This document shows, one piece after another, positions 20,691 through 30,978 of a stretch of 64,000 nucleotides of DNA; position 1 is the first letter of the stretch; each line of letters begins with the position of its first letter. The stretch lies in IMG/VR virus record IMGVR_UViG_3300032050_000011. The stretch is one strand, 5' to 3'. This stretch comes from a virus. Made by a program: the position numbers and the translations under genes. A model generated the notes under the pieces. That model searched no databases and was not told the DNA's origin. It saw only the letters and a program-made list of their open reading frames with translations.

Positions 20691-20734
20691 GCCGGTGGCG
20701 GGCAGCGCCTGCGCAAGGGTTGCCGGTCTAGACT

Positions 20735-20811
20735 GACTCGATCTAATAACAACAAAGCAAGCATAAAGCTTGCCAACTAGGGGGTTATATGAATCAGCGT
20801 AAAGCAACTGT
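20735..20811 (+). repeat. 77-bp exact direct repeat (promoter, leader and gene start), copy 1
   Basis: Identical to 21765-21841. Confidence 0.9.
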
Positions 20812-21280
20812 GTCTGCGATCCTGTTCGTTCTCTCTGACAAAGGCATCAGCTACGAGTTCAACGGTCCTGTGAATGCGAGTGATCTCATGACCGAGAATG
20901 ATAGGTCTAAGACAGTAGACATGATCTGCAAGGGTTTTCTAGAAGGCGAGGTCGAGATGAGCGATGAAGGCAAGGCCAAGTATTTCACTCAGCCGACAGA
21001 GCTAAGAAAGTATGTAGTTGGCCTTGTTAACAACTGGCTACGTAAGGCGCCAGAACTAAACGGTGGCCAGAAGTATCAGGTGAAAAACCCTGGTTCTAGA
21101 GCAGGATCTGGAAACGAGACGATTAAAGCTCTTAAGCAACTGCTGACGATAACCGATGACCAGGACGCGAGACGAGCGATTGAAGCCGAGATCGCTAGCC
21201 AACTCGAGACCATCAAACCCAAAGTCGAGATAAACTTCGACGCCATCCCAGCTCACCTACGCCATCTGCTAGACAGATAG
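20789..21280 (+). CDS. early protein family A, paralog 1 (unknown function)
   Basis: GLVNNWLRK..ELNGG, KNPGSR, C-terminal IPAHLRHL. Confidence 0.85.
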   Translation: MNQRKATVSAILFVLSDKGISYEFNGPVNASDLMTENDRSKTVDMICKGFLEGEVEMSDEGKAKYFTQPTELRKYVVGLVNNWLRKAPELNGGQKYQVKNPGSRAGSGNETIKALKQLLTITDDQDARRAIEAEIASQLETIKPKVEINFDAIPAHLRHLLDR

Positions 21281-21287
21281 GTCAATC

Positions 21288-21315
21288 GGGGGACGAAAGT
21301 CCCCCTCTTTTTTTT
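21288..21315 (+). terminator. intrinsic terminator
   Basis: GGGGGAC-GAAA-GTCCCCC plus T-tract. Confidence 0.85.
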
Positions 21316-21387
21316 GACACTGCTACGCCAGCAAGCCAGCTCAGACAGACTCGATATACTAATATGAGATTAATAAAGGGGGGTTTT

Positions 21388-21567
21388 ATGGAAGAGAGTT
21401 ATAATGATAGTGTTCTTGATCAGATGATAGTCAGTCATGAGTGGAATCAGAATGGCAGAGTGTTTAAGAATCAGTCAGAGTTAGAGGATTATAAGAAGAG
21501 GGCGATAGAGTTCTTTGGAGATCGAGAAGAGGTGGTGAAGTATCTGGAGTACTGGAGGAAAGGGTAG
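21388..21567 (+). CDS. hypothetical protein
   Basis: Start after GGGGGG SD, downstream of promoter motif 21345. Confidence 0.6.
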   Translation: MEESYNDSVLDQMIVSHEWNQNGRVFKNQSELEDYKKRAIEFFGDREEVVKYLEYWRKG

Positions 21568-21649
21568 GCTCTGCCTGTCCTCTCCTCTATATATTGACAC
21601 TGCTACGCCAGCAGGCTAGCAAGCCAGCTCAGACAGACTCGATATATAA

Positions 21650-21756
21650 ACAACAACCAGATGGTTGTAAAAGTCCTGTATGGACATTGGCTTGGGCTAG
21701 CTTATTAGCATCCGGTGGGCAGTTGGCAGTTCAGACACCTAAAATGATGAACTGCA
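21650..21756 (+). ncRNA. candidate structured small RNA
   Basis: Between two promoter copies; hairpins ACAACC/GGTTGT, GTCC/GGAC, GCAGTTCA/TGAACTGC. Confidence 0.4.
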
Positions 21757-21764
21757 CTTTAACA

Positions 21765-21841
21765 GACTCGATCTAATAACAACAAAGCAAGCATAAAGCT
21801 TGCCAACTAGGGGGTTATATGAATCAGCGTAAAGCAACTGT
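21765..21841 (+). repeat. 77-bp exact direct repeat, copy 2
   Basis: Identical to 20735-20811. Confidence 0.9.
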
Positions 21842-22310
21842 AGCAGCTATTGTTAGTGTACTAGCAGATCGCGGAGTGGCCTATGAGTTTGATGGTCCGG
21901 TCTCTGCAGCAGATATGATGACCAGTGCAGATAAAGAGAAGACAGTCGACATCATCTGCAAGGGTTTTATGAGTGGCGAGGTAGAGATGAGTGACGAGGG
22001 TAAGACCAAGTATTTCTCTCAGCCAGCAGAGCTAAGAAAGTATGTGGTTGGCCTTGTTAACAACTGGCTGCGTAAGGCCACCGAGCTGAATGGTGGCCAG
22101 AAGTATCAGGTGAAAAACCCTGGCAGTCGCAAAGGCTCTAGCAACGAGACAGTCAGAGCCCTTCGCCAGCTCTTGGCTATCACTAGCGATTCAGAAGCGA
22201 AGCAGGCTATCGAAGCCGAGATCGCTAGTCAGCTAGAAAGCCTTAAGCCAAAGGTCGAGATAAATAGTGATGCGATCCCAGCCCACCTAAGACATCTGAT
22301 TAAGTTCTAG
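21819..22310 (+). CDS. early protein family A, paralog 2
   Basis: Highly similar to 20789..21280. Confidence 0.85.
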   Translation: MNQRKATVAAIVSVLADRGVAYEFDGPVSAADMMTSADKEKTVDIICKGFMSGEVEMSDEGKTKYFSQPAELRKYVVGLVNNWLRKATELNGGQKYQVKNPGSRKGSSNETVRALRQLLAITSDSEAKQAIEAEIASQLESLKPKVEINSDAIPAHLRHLIKF

Positions 22311-22315
22311 CTAGT

Positions 22316-22342
22316 AGGCGGGACGAAAGTCCCGCCTTTTTT
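22316..22342 (+). terminator. intrinsic terminator
   Basis: AGGCGGGAC-GAAA-GTCCCGCCT plus T-tract. Confidence 0.85.
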
Positions 22343-22434
22343 GACACTGCTACGCCAGCGAGCCAGCTCAGACAGACTCGATATATAAACATGAATGAGA
22401 TGAATAGGTCATCTCAGCAGCTAGGAGGTCAGCT

Positions 22435-22737
22435 TTGATAACAACCAATGACATGTTGGCAGTTCTTGAGAGTTTTGAGAGTGCGCCCAGTGCACACATC
22501 CTGGTGAAGAGTTTTGTGACTGCAGTATCAGAAGAAGAGATTGATGAGATCTATTCAGCCAGCGAAGGCTTTAATGACCAGCAGACAGAGTCGATACTTA
22601 GTGAGATGGATAAGAGTCAGATGACTGAGCTGGTTGAGCATTTTAGACAGATAGCTGAAGAGCTGAGAGAGGCTATGGAGCCTGAGGACTTCGAAGAGAG
22701 CTATGGCGAGGCAACCAGATTGCTGGAGAACTTCTAG
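22435..22737 (+). CDS. acidic hypothetical protein
   Basis: SD AGGAGG with TTG start; E/D-rich. Confidence 0.7.
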   Translation: MITTNDMLAVLESFESAPSAHILVKSFVTAVSEEEIDEIYSASEGFNDQQTESILSEMDKSQMTELVEHFRQIAEELREAMEPEDFEESYGEATRLLENF

Positions 22738-22740
22738 ACC

Positions 22741-22764
22741 GGAGGGCGAAAGCCCTCCTTTTTT
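22741..22764 (+). terminator. intrinsic terminator
   Basis: GGAGGGC-GAAA-GCCCTCC plus T-tract. Confidence 0.85.
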
Positions 22765-22860
22765 GACACTGCTACGCCAGCAGGCCTAGGCTGACAGACA
22801 GAGCGCGCACACTCCTCGACAGACTCGATATACAAACATGAGATAAAAAGGGGGGAATTT

Positions 22861-23019
22861 ATGGAAAGACTGCAGCTGATTCAGGCTATCGAGCTACTAG
22901 AGTATAAGGCAAAGGTCTATGCAGAGTTCTGGGGACCCGGCAGTGCAGAAGTAGTCATGATCGGCTACGAGATTAGCGAGCTTAAGTTTAAGCTGCTTGA
23001 CCTTATGATCGAGAATTGA
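22861..23019 (+). CDS. 52-aa WGPG family microprotein
   Basis: MERLQLIQAIELLEYKAKVYAEFWGPGSAEV...; paralog of 25341..25505; not in ORF track. Confidence 0.7.
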   Translation: MERLQLIQAIELLEYKAKVYAEFWGPGSAEVVMIGYEISELKFKLLDLMIEN

Positions 23020-23128
23020 CCGTTCGCGCAAGCGATAATTTGGCGGCTGATGAGGTCAACCGCACGCTGAAGCTCCGAGGGAGCTGCTCTTTAAACGCCA
23101 GGCTTCAGCGACCCAAAGCTCCCTCACC
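23020..23128 (+). ncRNA. candidate structured RNA with pseudoknot
   Basis: CGC-GCAA-GCG; GCGGCTGA/TCAACCGC; CGCTGAAGC/GCTTCAGCG whose loop GAGGGAGCT matches downstream AGCTCCCTC. Confidence 0.45.
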
Positions 23129-23199
23129 TTATAAAAAACCGACTCGATTTATTCATATGCCGAAGCACTAGCGCCTCGGCTGTAACTAAGGGGTTAAAA

Positions 23200-23685
23200 A
23201 TGGTAAATCAAAAGAGAGCAGTCACAAACGCGGTCCTTAAAGTCAAGCCAGACTATGTCCTGAACGGCGACGTGACTCTAGCCAGCGTGCTCACAGACAG
23301 CGACAAGGCAGAGCTGAAGCAGATACTCATCAGCGGCTTCCTAGAAGGCGAGATAGAGATGAGCGACGAAGGCAAGACCAAGTATTTCTCTCAGCCAGCA
23401 GAGTTGGCTAAGTATGTCACCGGCCTAATCAACAACTGGGTTAGGAAGAACTCAGAGTTCAATGGCGGCGGCAGCTTCAGCTACACAGCCAAGAATCCTG
23501 GATCCCGCCGTGGTTCCAGCAATGAGACAGTCAGAGCCCTTCGCCAGCTACTGGCAATAACAACAGACCAAGAGGCTAGACAGGCTATCGAAACAGAGAT
23601 CACTAGTCAGCTAGAAAGCCTTAAGCCAAAGGTCGAGATCAAGATCGAGGCTATCCCAGCCCACCTAAGACATCTGTTAGGCTAG
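23200..23685 (+). CDS. early protein family A, paralog 3
   Basis: GLINNWVRK..EFNGG, KNPGSR, IPAHLRHL. Confidence 0.85.
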   Translation: MVNQKRAVTNAVLKVKPDYVLNGDVTLASVLTDSDKAELKQILISGFLEGEIEMSDEGKTKYFSQPAELAKYVTGLINNWVRKNSEFNGGGSFSYTAKNPGSRRGSSNETVRALRQLLAITTDQEARQAIETEITSQLESLKPKVEIKIEAIPAHLRHLLG

Positions 23686-23694
23686 TCATCTAGC

Positions 23695-23726
23695 AGGCAG
23701 GAGCATAACACTCCTGCCTTTTTTTT
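23695..23726 (+). terminator. intrinsic terminator
   Basis: AGGCAGGAG...CTCCTGCCT plus T-tract. Confidence 0.85.
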
Positions 23727-23924
23727 GACACTGCTACGCCGCGGGAGCTCAGTTGGCCTGCCACTAGCCTGACATCCGGCAGGCGCGCGTGACCGACGTG
23801 AGCCAGAGCATGGGACGAGGCTGTTCGCGGCTAGACCCCCACCCTCTTCGCCTACACACGCCAGTAATATTAATCACTTGTATAACTCCAACAGATTCGA
23901 TATGACACCCGGAGAGGTGCATTC

Positions 23925-25282
23925 ATGGTGGTTTATGAAGCAGATTTAGAGCGCTCGCTAGTAGGTCTAGGCGGTCTAGCCTCTGAGAGCTCTAGTAGCA
24001 ATTCTAAAGTTGACGAAGTCGAAGCCTCGTCCCAGGCAGGTGAGGCTTCTAGCTCTCCAAGTAGGGCTGATACCTATGTAGAAGCAGACAAGCTCCTAGG
24101 TCTTCTGATTAGCTTTATGATGGGCAGAATACTGTCTAGACTAGGTATATAGTGAGGTAGTAAGTTATGTGTCTAGACTTTAGACTAACGATGCTAGTGC
24201 TTGATATGCTGCTGCGAATAGGCGTTGCAACAGGATCAGGGCGAGTTCAATCTCTATATAGCAAAAGGAGTAACCTCTTATGGAAGCAATCGAAATAATC
24301 AAAACCATCGCACTCCTATGTCAAATAACGGTAGCAACCTCCGGGGTAGCCAGAGACGCAAGGTTAAGCTCAGAAGAAGCTCAAAAAGACTGTCACAAAT
24401 ATTATGCCAAATGTATCCATAGCCCCAGAGCAAGAATGTCATACGATATGGCAGATGACCTCAGAAAGTGCATGGAAAAACGGTAAATCGCACGAACTGG
24501 AGTAGATTATGGTGGCAATAACTAGTAGAAAAACTACACGTCTAAGATACTGGATGAGCTGGGTTATGCTAGATATAGTAGCTAGGCTAGGTATAGGAGA
24601 TGAGTAGTATGACAGAGCTATGTGACTTTCAAGGAAAGGCTCTGCTGCGCTATCGGAGAAAGGTTATGGAGCGCTGCTTTTTAGTGGCGCTGTTTAAACT
24701 AGAACTGATAACTAGCAGTCAACTAGTAAGCATGGGCAATATAAGCTGGCTACGGGTAGGTAGACCCTATGGATAAGTTAACTGGATTTCAGGGGAGGAC
24801 TATGTGTCGCTATGAGAGAAAGATTGCGATGCGCTATTTTATAGTGGCGCTATTTAGACTAGAGATAATAACGGGCAGCGATCTAGAGGCTATAGCGAGC
24901 CGGAACTGCGAGCTCATAAATCACGAGATTATGTGGAGTTTTTTAAACTAGGGAGGTCTAGATGTTCTATGAGAAAAGAATTCAGCGAAAGGTCTCTAGA
25001 GAGCGAGATCAGCTAAACAAGATGACTAGGTGTATAAGCATCATGCTGGCTATGAGCAAGTTAGGCATTCTAAATAAGAGAGACTACAGCTCTTTTAGAG
25101 AACGAGTGCTCAGGCTATTCAACAGTGATTTCTAGCAGGCTGAACTAGACATGGACAGCGAAGGCGATCTACTACTGCTTAAAACTATATGGGGAATGGC
25201 ATTTGTTCTTGTAGTTTTTGAATTTAGAGGCTACAGGAAAGCAATCTGGATAAATACTCTGCATAAAATTAGTATAGTTTGA
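23925..25282 (+). CDS. cluster of micro-ORFs (23925-24152, 24167-24298, 24509-24607, 24600-24776, 24769-24951, 24962-25135, 25151-25282), all with the KL-helix motif
   Basis: Hand translation; SDs and overlaps; 24600 and 24769 are tandem paralogs. Confidence 0.65.
24280..24486 (+). CDS. small four-Cys protein, paralog of 42203..42373
   Basis: I(K/R)TI.LLC...C..YY.KC...L..C...R pattern. Confidence 0.7.
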   Translation: MEAIEIIKTIALLCQITVATSGVARDARLSSEEAQKDCHKYYAKCIHSPRARMSYDMADDLRKCMEKR

Positions 25283-25340
25283 GAGGTCTAGGTCTGCTAC
25301 AACAGATTCGATATAAACACATGAGATAAAAGGGGGATTT

Positions 25341-25505
25341 ATGGAAAAGCAACGGCTTATTGAGAAGATTGAAGAGCTTGAGAAGCGACTAGATGTTCAC
25401 TGGGAGTTGTGGGGTCCAGGCTGTGTTGAGGTGGCAGAACTAAAGGCAGAGATCTATGAGGCCAACATGCAGCTAATCGACTGTATAGCAGAGGAGGTGG
25501 CATGA
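25341..25505 (+). CDS. 54-aa WGPG family microprotein
   Basis: MEKQRLIEKIEELEKRLDVHWELWGPGCVEV...; same promoter and leader as 22861. Confidence 0.7.
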   Translation: MEKQRLIEKIEELEKRLDVHWELWGPGCVEVAELKAEIYEANMQLIDCIAEEVA

Positions 25506-26628
25506 GACTGGTTTTGCACACTATGAAGTATCCGCTATATACGGTGTTCTTCTCGCTAGCAGACGACGAAACTATAGCAGAGAGTCCTGACTTCTATGAG
25601 CTAGAGGATGCGCTGGAATTCTTTAACTCTGTAGCGAGTGATTTCAAGCAGATTAACAGATACGACTCCTATGAGTCAAAAACCAAGGTTATCTTACAAA
25701 CAACTGCAAGTGCAGAAAGGAGCGGCTATGGGCTATTTGTATGAGAATGACGGCTTGCCTTATAAGCTTACAGTAAACCTAGAAAACGAGTTTGGCTTTA
25801 GCGAGTTCGATGAGCTGCCAGACGACGGCGAGTTCGAGAACATCGATCAAGAGGTTCTTGCACTAGACTTCGAGAACCTAGATGTAGGCGATGAGCTAGA
25901 AGACTACAGTGATGACTTTGAAGAATAGCTAGCACTAGCGCCAGCAGCCAGTTAAACTGCGCTGCTGGTTTTTTACATTTCTATACCAGAGCTGGCTTCG
26001 GCAGGCCCGATATAAACGCGTGGTTGATAATTCAGTCAGCCTAACTAGGGAGCAGCATGTCTAAGTTGCTAAGTGTATCAGTCAGATATGAAGGCGATAT
26101 CAATAGCTTTGTCAGCCTGCGCTATGCCGATGGCAGCGAGCAGCATTTCAGCTCTATAGAAGGTCCCTGGGAAGATGACGCCAGCGGCAGCAGAGTTTTC
26201 GAAACTGACCCAGTAATGGATAACTTTCTTCGCTCTATCTGGGAAAAGCACGCAGCAGACTCAGACACAATTTCAGAGCTAGAGCTTGACAGTGAGCTCA
26301 ACTTGATATCTAGAGTAGACGAACCAGCTTTTGAGCAATAGATCTAGGCGAGGCGAAAGCCTCGTACTCTAGCAGGCAGTATATTTATACCATCAAAGGA
26401 TCTAGTATGAACGAGACTACACGGCAAAAACTAATAGATATGCTATCTGACTATACAGAGAGTTCATTTGATCTTAGTGATCATATTAACTATGGCAGTA
26501 GTTTTAAAGGACTCTACAATATGACTGACCAAGAGCTAGTAGAAGAGTATGAGATGTATGCAGATGATGATGACGAGTTGCTAGCTGAATCCCGAGCAGC
26601 TCTAGCTATAGACAAGATGCTGGAATAG
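25502..26628 (+). CDS. acidic hypothetical proteins (25502-25744, about 25728-25928, 26057-26341, 26407-26628)
   Basis: ORF track with SDs; D/E-rich. Confidence 0.6.
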
Positions 26629-26632
26629 CTCT

Positions 26633-27146
26633 ATGACTGACCGTATGGCTACATACATGCTCTGGCATTTTTTATGGCGGATAGAGATAATAGGCGACGA
26701 AGTTAACTGGAAACTAGGCAGCAGAGGAAGATACTGCGACTAGAAAAGAAGCGCTGGCTAAATGAATAAGCGTATAGAAGAAGGAGTTATCTATGCAGTA
26801 TGGCGCCTAGGCCTACTAGACTACTATGAGGCTAGAATTATGTTTAGTATTATAGCGGTAAGACGAATGTATGAAGACTGGGAATGAGGGCGCCGCGTAT
26901 CTAGAAGAGCGCATGATATTCCTGCTGCGCAAGCTAGGCGTTATAGATCACAGCGATGCCTTAATTCTGCTTAGTCTGCTGCTGCGGCACTTCTATGATG
27001 ATTACACTGAGGAGGACTAGCTGAGGAATAGAATGTATAATGGCAATGAATTTAAACGTTTAGCAAAAGTTCTGCTCAAGCTTGAAGTCATCAATGAATC
27101 TGCTTATTGGAGTATACTAATGAGCGGTGTAATAGTCTGGGAGTAA
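26633..27146 (+). CDS. four KL-helix micro-ORFs (26633-26743, 26762-26887, 26871-27020, 27033-27146)
   Basis: Hand translation: HFLWRIEII, YAVWRLGLL, FLLRKLGVI, KVLLKLEVI. Confidence 0.6.
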
Positions 27147-27149
27147 GCC

Positions 27150-27365
27150 ATGAGAATAATTATGTTAGTGTTAGCCATAAGCTGTACTAGTATATCTAAG
27201 CGAGAAGTCTATTATCTAGTGACTACTGATCATACCGTCTACAGATGCAGCGAATATCATCATGGAGCCTATGGAGCATCAGCTCTAGACTGCCTAGACT
27301 TGTCTACAAGCGAGCACATAGATCTGATAGCAAATCCCTATAACATAAAGGAAGTGGAGAAATGA
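27150..27365 (+). CDS. small putative lipoprotein
   Basis: Hydrophobic N-terminus with LAISC lipobox-like site. Confidence 0.5.
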   Translation: MRIIMLVLAISCTSISKREVYYLVTTDHTVYRCSEYHHGAYGASALDCLDLSTSEHIDLIANPYNIKEVEK

Positions 27366-27676
27366 AGAAGCTAATTAGAGACAGAATTCCAGAGCTAGCA
27401 GCAGCCAGCGGACGACAACTAAATATTAGAGTGGCGGATGAGACAGAATTCAAAGCTCTATTACGCGAGAAGCTCATAGAAGAAGCACTAGAAGTAAAAG
27501 GTGCAACCGATACTGAGCTAGTAGAAGAGCTAGCGGATGTTTTAGAGGTTCTTGCTGCACTCTGTAAAGCTCATGGCCTAGAAGAAAGTGTGTTTGAAGT
27601 AGGTAAGAAGAAAGCCGAAGAGCGAGGTGTGTTTGATAAGCGAATTGTACTAGAGCCGGAGGCTAAGGATGTTTGA
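27362..27676 (+). CDS. MazG-like nucleotide pyrophosphohydrolase (PRA-PH-like)
   Basis: KLIRDRIPE, KLIEEALE, EELADVLEV, ERGVF. Confidence 0.8.
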   Translation: MKKLIRDRIPELAAASGRQLNIRVADETEFKALLREKLIEEALEVKGATDTELVEELADVLEVLAALCKAHGLEESVFEVGKKKAEERGVFDKRIVLEPEAKDV

Positions 27677-28628
27677 CGGCAAAAGTGAGAAAGCCAGATT
27701 AACTAGAGAAAAGCATGGCATGACCGAGTATCTGAAGCTAAAGCTAGAGCAAGAAGACTGGCATGGCGTAGCAGATGCAGCCATGGATATTCGTGAGCTG
27801 GTAGCCAAGCTAGATCTCTTAGAGGAGTTGGATGAGCAAGCCTAGTGTATACTATCGTGGCGGTATTCCATATAGCTATGATATGCATATAAAGAAACGC
27901 ATGTTTTATACGCTGTGGGGGCTTGGTTTATGCAGGTGAAGTATACTAGAATTGTGTTAGGTTTTTCTAGCATGCTAGATAAGCTAGAAATAAACAGACC
28001 TGACACTCTTGCTCTAGTTACTATGAGTTTTTTCTGGACGTATATGCTACATGATACATCTGCTAGATTTGGAGTCAGCGATGCTCTTGAACTTGAAGAC
28101 TAAGGCTTTCATATATAGGTTCTCTGCTATATTTGGACTGCGAATATATCTAGCTCAACGCGAAGAAGAAGACTATGTTAGACTACATAGAATGTATAGA
28201 CTTATAAGAGATATCATCGAGGATGAAGATACACGAGACGATAAGGCAGAGTTTGGTATACTGCGAGGCATCTGGCATGCAAGCAATGGTTTTACTGCTA
28301 TATATACTCGCAACATGAGCTTTAAAGATAGCATAGTGGCAAAGGTAAAGCATGCATTTGACTTCGACTATAATAGCTGGTAATAGCGAGCGCTCTTATA
28401 AAAAAGATCTGACGTGCATAAGAGAGCTGCATGACGTTCTCATAAGACTACAGATTCCTAGACCTCGTATAGCTTCATTATTTTATTATTGGAGACCAAT
28501 TGAAGAGCATTAATACTGAGTTTTTTATACTTATAGATTTTGTGCTTGCGGTTGATAGGCTAGGATTTGAGTGGGACGAGCACTATAAATTATATAGCTA
28601 TTGGCTAGCAAACATGAGGATGACATGA
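27669..28628 (+). CDS. small ORFs 27669-27845, 27832-27939, 27930-28103, 28051-28383, 28358-28513, 28500-28628
   Basis: Overlapping chain; the first has a DWHGVADAAMDIRE motif; most carry the KL-helix motif. Confidence 0.55.
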
Positions 28629-29254
28629 AGATAGCATGCATAAGTGATACTCACCAGCATCATAAGAAGCTAGTTATGCCAGCTTGCGACATGATTATTC
28701 ATGCAGGCGACTTCACCTATCATGGGACTCACGAAGAAGTCAAAAAGTTCTTGAACTGGTATGGTGAGCAGCGAGCTAAATATAAACTATTAATTTGCGG
28801 CAATCATGAGGTAGAGATTAGCAAACAGCCATTTCAGCTCTTGCAACAGATGTGCGAGAACGAAGGTGTTCAAATCCTACATAACACTCATACTGTAATA
28901 GAAGGACTAACTATATTTGGCAGTCCTTATTCTAAGCGATTTGGCAACTGGGCTTATATGAAAGATGAAGCTGAGCTAGCCGATATCTACAACAGTATCC
29001 TGCCAGATACTAATATACTTATAACACATGGTCCAGCCTATGGTCAACTCGACCTCTGTCCTGGTGGCAACGTTGGATCAAAGTCACTAGCAGCAGCTAT
29101 AGATAACTTGCCAAACCTAAAATTACACGTGACTGGACATATACATGAGAGTCGCGGTACTCTGCTTAGAAACGGAGTATTGACGGTTAATGCTGCGATC
29201 TGCGGTATTCCGTATACCGATATAGTTTCAAATCCTATAACAGTGGAGTTGTAG
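28625..29254 (+). CDS. calcineurin-like metallophosphoesterase
   Basis: SDTH, HAGD, GNHE, THGP, GHIHE; start moved to MKIACISD. Confidence 0.9.
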   Translation: MKIACISDTHQHHKKLVMPACDMIIHAGDFTYHGTHEEVKKFLNWYGEQRAKYKLLICGNHEVEISKQPFQLLQQMCENEGVQILHNTHTVIEGLTIFGSPYSKRFGNWAYMKDEAELADIYNSILPDTNILITHGPAYGQLDLCPGGNVGSKSLAAAIDNLPNLKLHVTGHIHESRGTLLRNGVLTVNAAICGIPYTDIVSNPITVEL

Positions 29255-30878
29255 TGAGTAGTTCAGAGCGTGCTATTATAGGTCTAGAGACGACGCTAGA
29301 TAAATTAGAGCTTATGGAAAGCTACCATGAACTATTTTTTATCTTTAATAAGTTAGCGAATTTCTGGCAATCACGAGGCTATGACGTATGAAAAAGAGAT
29401 TCAATGATAAAAATTGATTACTCTCACATGACTAGATGCATGAAATGCGACACCGAGATGAGTCTAGAGCATGATTTCAGAGACGCAATCTCTAACTATG
29501 CTTTCGTTTTCTGTCACTATTGTCTCAATGTTGGTCCATCTTCGCAGCATAGAAAAGCAGAAGAAGCCATAGTTGAAGCAACACACTTATGGAACATATA
29601 TAACATGTGTCTCTGGGCATCAGAGTACACTAATCAAGGAGAAAGATGAACTATTACGTTTACTATTCAGACGACACAGTTGGACATTCAATCAGAGAGT
29701 TTCAGGGCGAAGATGAAGCCCGGGAGTTTGCATTTGAGCTAGTTTCTAGTGATCCAGCGATCTCACTTAAGATTATTAAAGGTTTCGAGATAACTGACGA
29801 CGAATACGTATGAGAAGATTGCTTATAGCCAAATATTCAGCCTGCTATCTGATATCGCTGATATTTAGTGCTATATGCTTTAACCTTAGTTTTATGTTTA
29901 TAGCGCTCGGCGAGGTTATGCCTTGCTTGGGCGCTAGCTTTATGACCTATGTTTTTTATACAGCAGCGGAAGCCTGCTCTATAATGCTGGAGTTCTTGAT
30001 TGCCGGAGAATGAGATTAAACAGATGATATTACTACTCTGGCTCACACTAGCACTTGTTGCAGCGATAGCTTGCATAATTACTTTTATTACTATAACTAA
30101 TTGGTTATCTAATAATAAAAAAGTAAAATCTAGACTAGTTAAACTAAAGCTAATAGTTGTATTGATGAAACTTAAACTGCTAAAACCTGGAGATCTATTT
30201 TGGGACGTCTGATCGAGTACACAATAAGATATTTCTGTATCAATGCTGATTGCATAGCTGATGTAGAATCACTAGACGTCTTTGATTCTGCTTATGTTTC
30301 GGCTTATAATATGACTAAAATGACTCGCAAATTACTAGAAACAAATAACTGGGATCCAGACGACACTGATGTATACGACAACTACAATTGACATTAACAG
30401 ATTCGAAATTAAAACGGAGGTTATATGAAAACATATATTGTACTTTTTTTATTACTTTTTTTCTATTCATGCAGCTCATGTGAACATCTTAGGTCAGATC
30501 AGCAGCAAGTAGAAGAGCAGAGGCTTCTAGTAGAACCTCCAGGAAGTTTTAGATGATAGTCTACGTGTGGGTGGTGTTGATATGTCTTGTCTACCTAAAG
30601 ATAAACAAAAACTTAAAGTAGATTTTGTGTTCAACATCTACAGGACAATATTTGGAGTAGATTTTATGGATACTCTGCAGTCAGAGAATATAGTTAGTTT
30701 CGGATCTAAGGCATTTTTAATAGCAGTAAATGGTTTACCACAAAAGCGAGCACCTATAGATCCAGCTTCTTTTAACTTTAGAAAATATAGCTTTAATGAG
30801 CTAGAGGGCGGAGATTTCTTCAACTTATCAGAAGAAGAATACGTTTACCTATTAGCTAATTCAGTTGCTGTTAGATAA
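29254..30878 (+). CDS. small hypothetical ORFs (29254-29391, 29404-29649 Zn-ribbon, 29646-29813, 29810-30013 membrane, 30000-30212 membrane, 30200-30391, 30567-30878)
   Basis: ORF track plus hand translation. Confidence 0.5.
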
Positions 30879-30884
30879 CATAGT

Positions 30885-30961
30885 GGGATTATAGCTCAAT
30901 TGGTTAGAGCTCCCGGCTCATAACCGGGTGGTTCCAGGTTCAAGTCCTGGTGGTCCCACCA
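30885..30961 (+). tRNA. tRNA with CAT anticodon, most likely tRNA-Ile2 (lysidine type)
   Basis: Cloverleaf: GGGATTA/TGGTCCC acceptor, CCCGG-CTCATAA-CCGGG arm, TTCAAGT T-loop, encoded CCA; CGGCTCATAACCG arm resembles Ile2; lacks initiator GGG/CCC next to the loop. Confidence 0.9.
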
Positions 30962-30978
30962 ATTTTTAGGAGGTTCAT

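Noticed and set aside
21314-21345. Sigma-70 promoter from TTGACA, or sigma-54 promoter on the reverse strand
   Set aside because: No -10 box at 16-18 bp; the reverse strand TGGC-N7-TGTCA lacks the -12 GC.
21594-21776. 60-aa ORF in the track
   Set aside because: It is made of the repeat motif, promoter and hairpins, with no SD.
23046-23066. Hammerhead ribozyme core (CTGATGAG)
   Set aside because: The stem is followed by GCAC, not the required GAAA; kept only as a generic structured RNA.
21314-23740. CRISPR array from the recurring TTGACACTGCTACGCC repeat
   Set aside because: The repeat is short, spacing is irregular at 280-960 bp and contains genes, and no cas genes are present.
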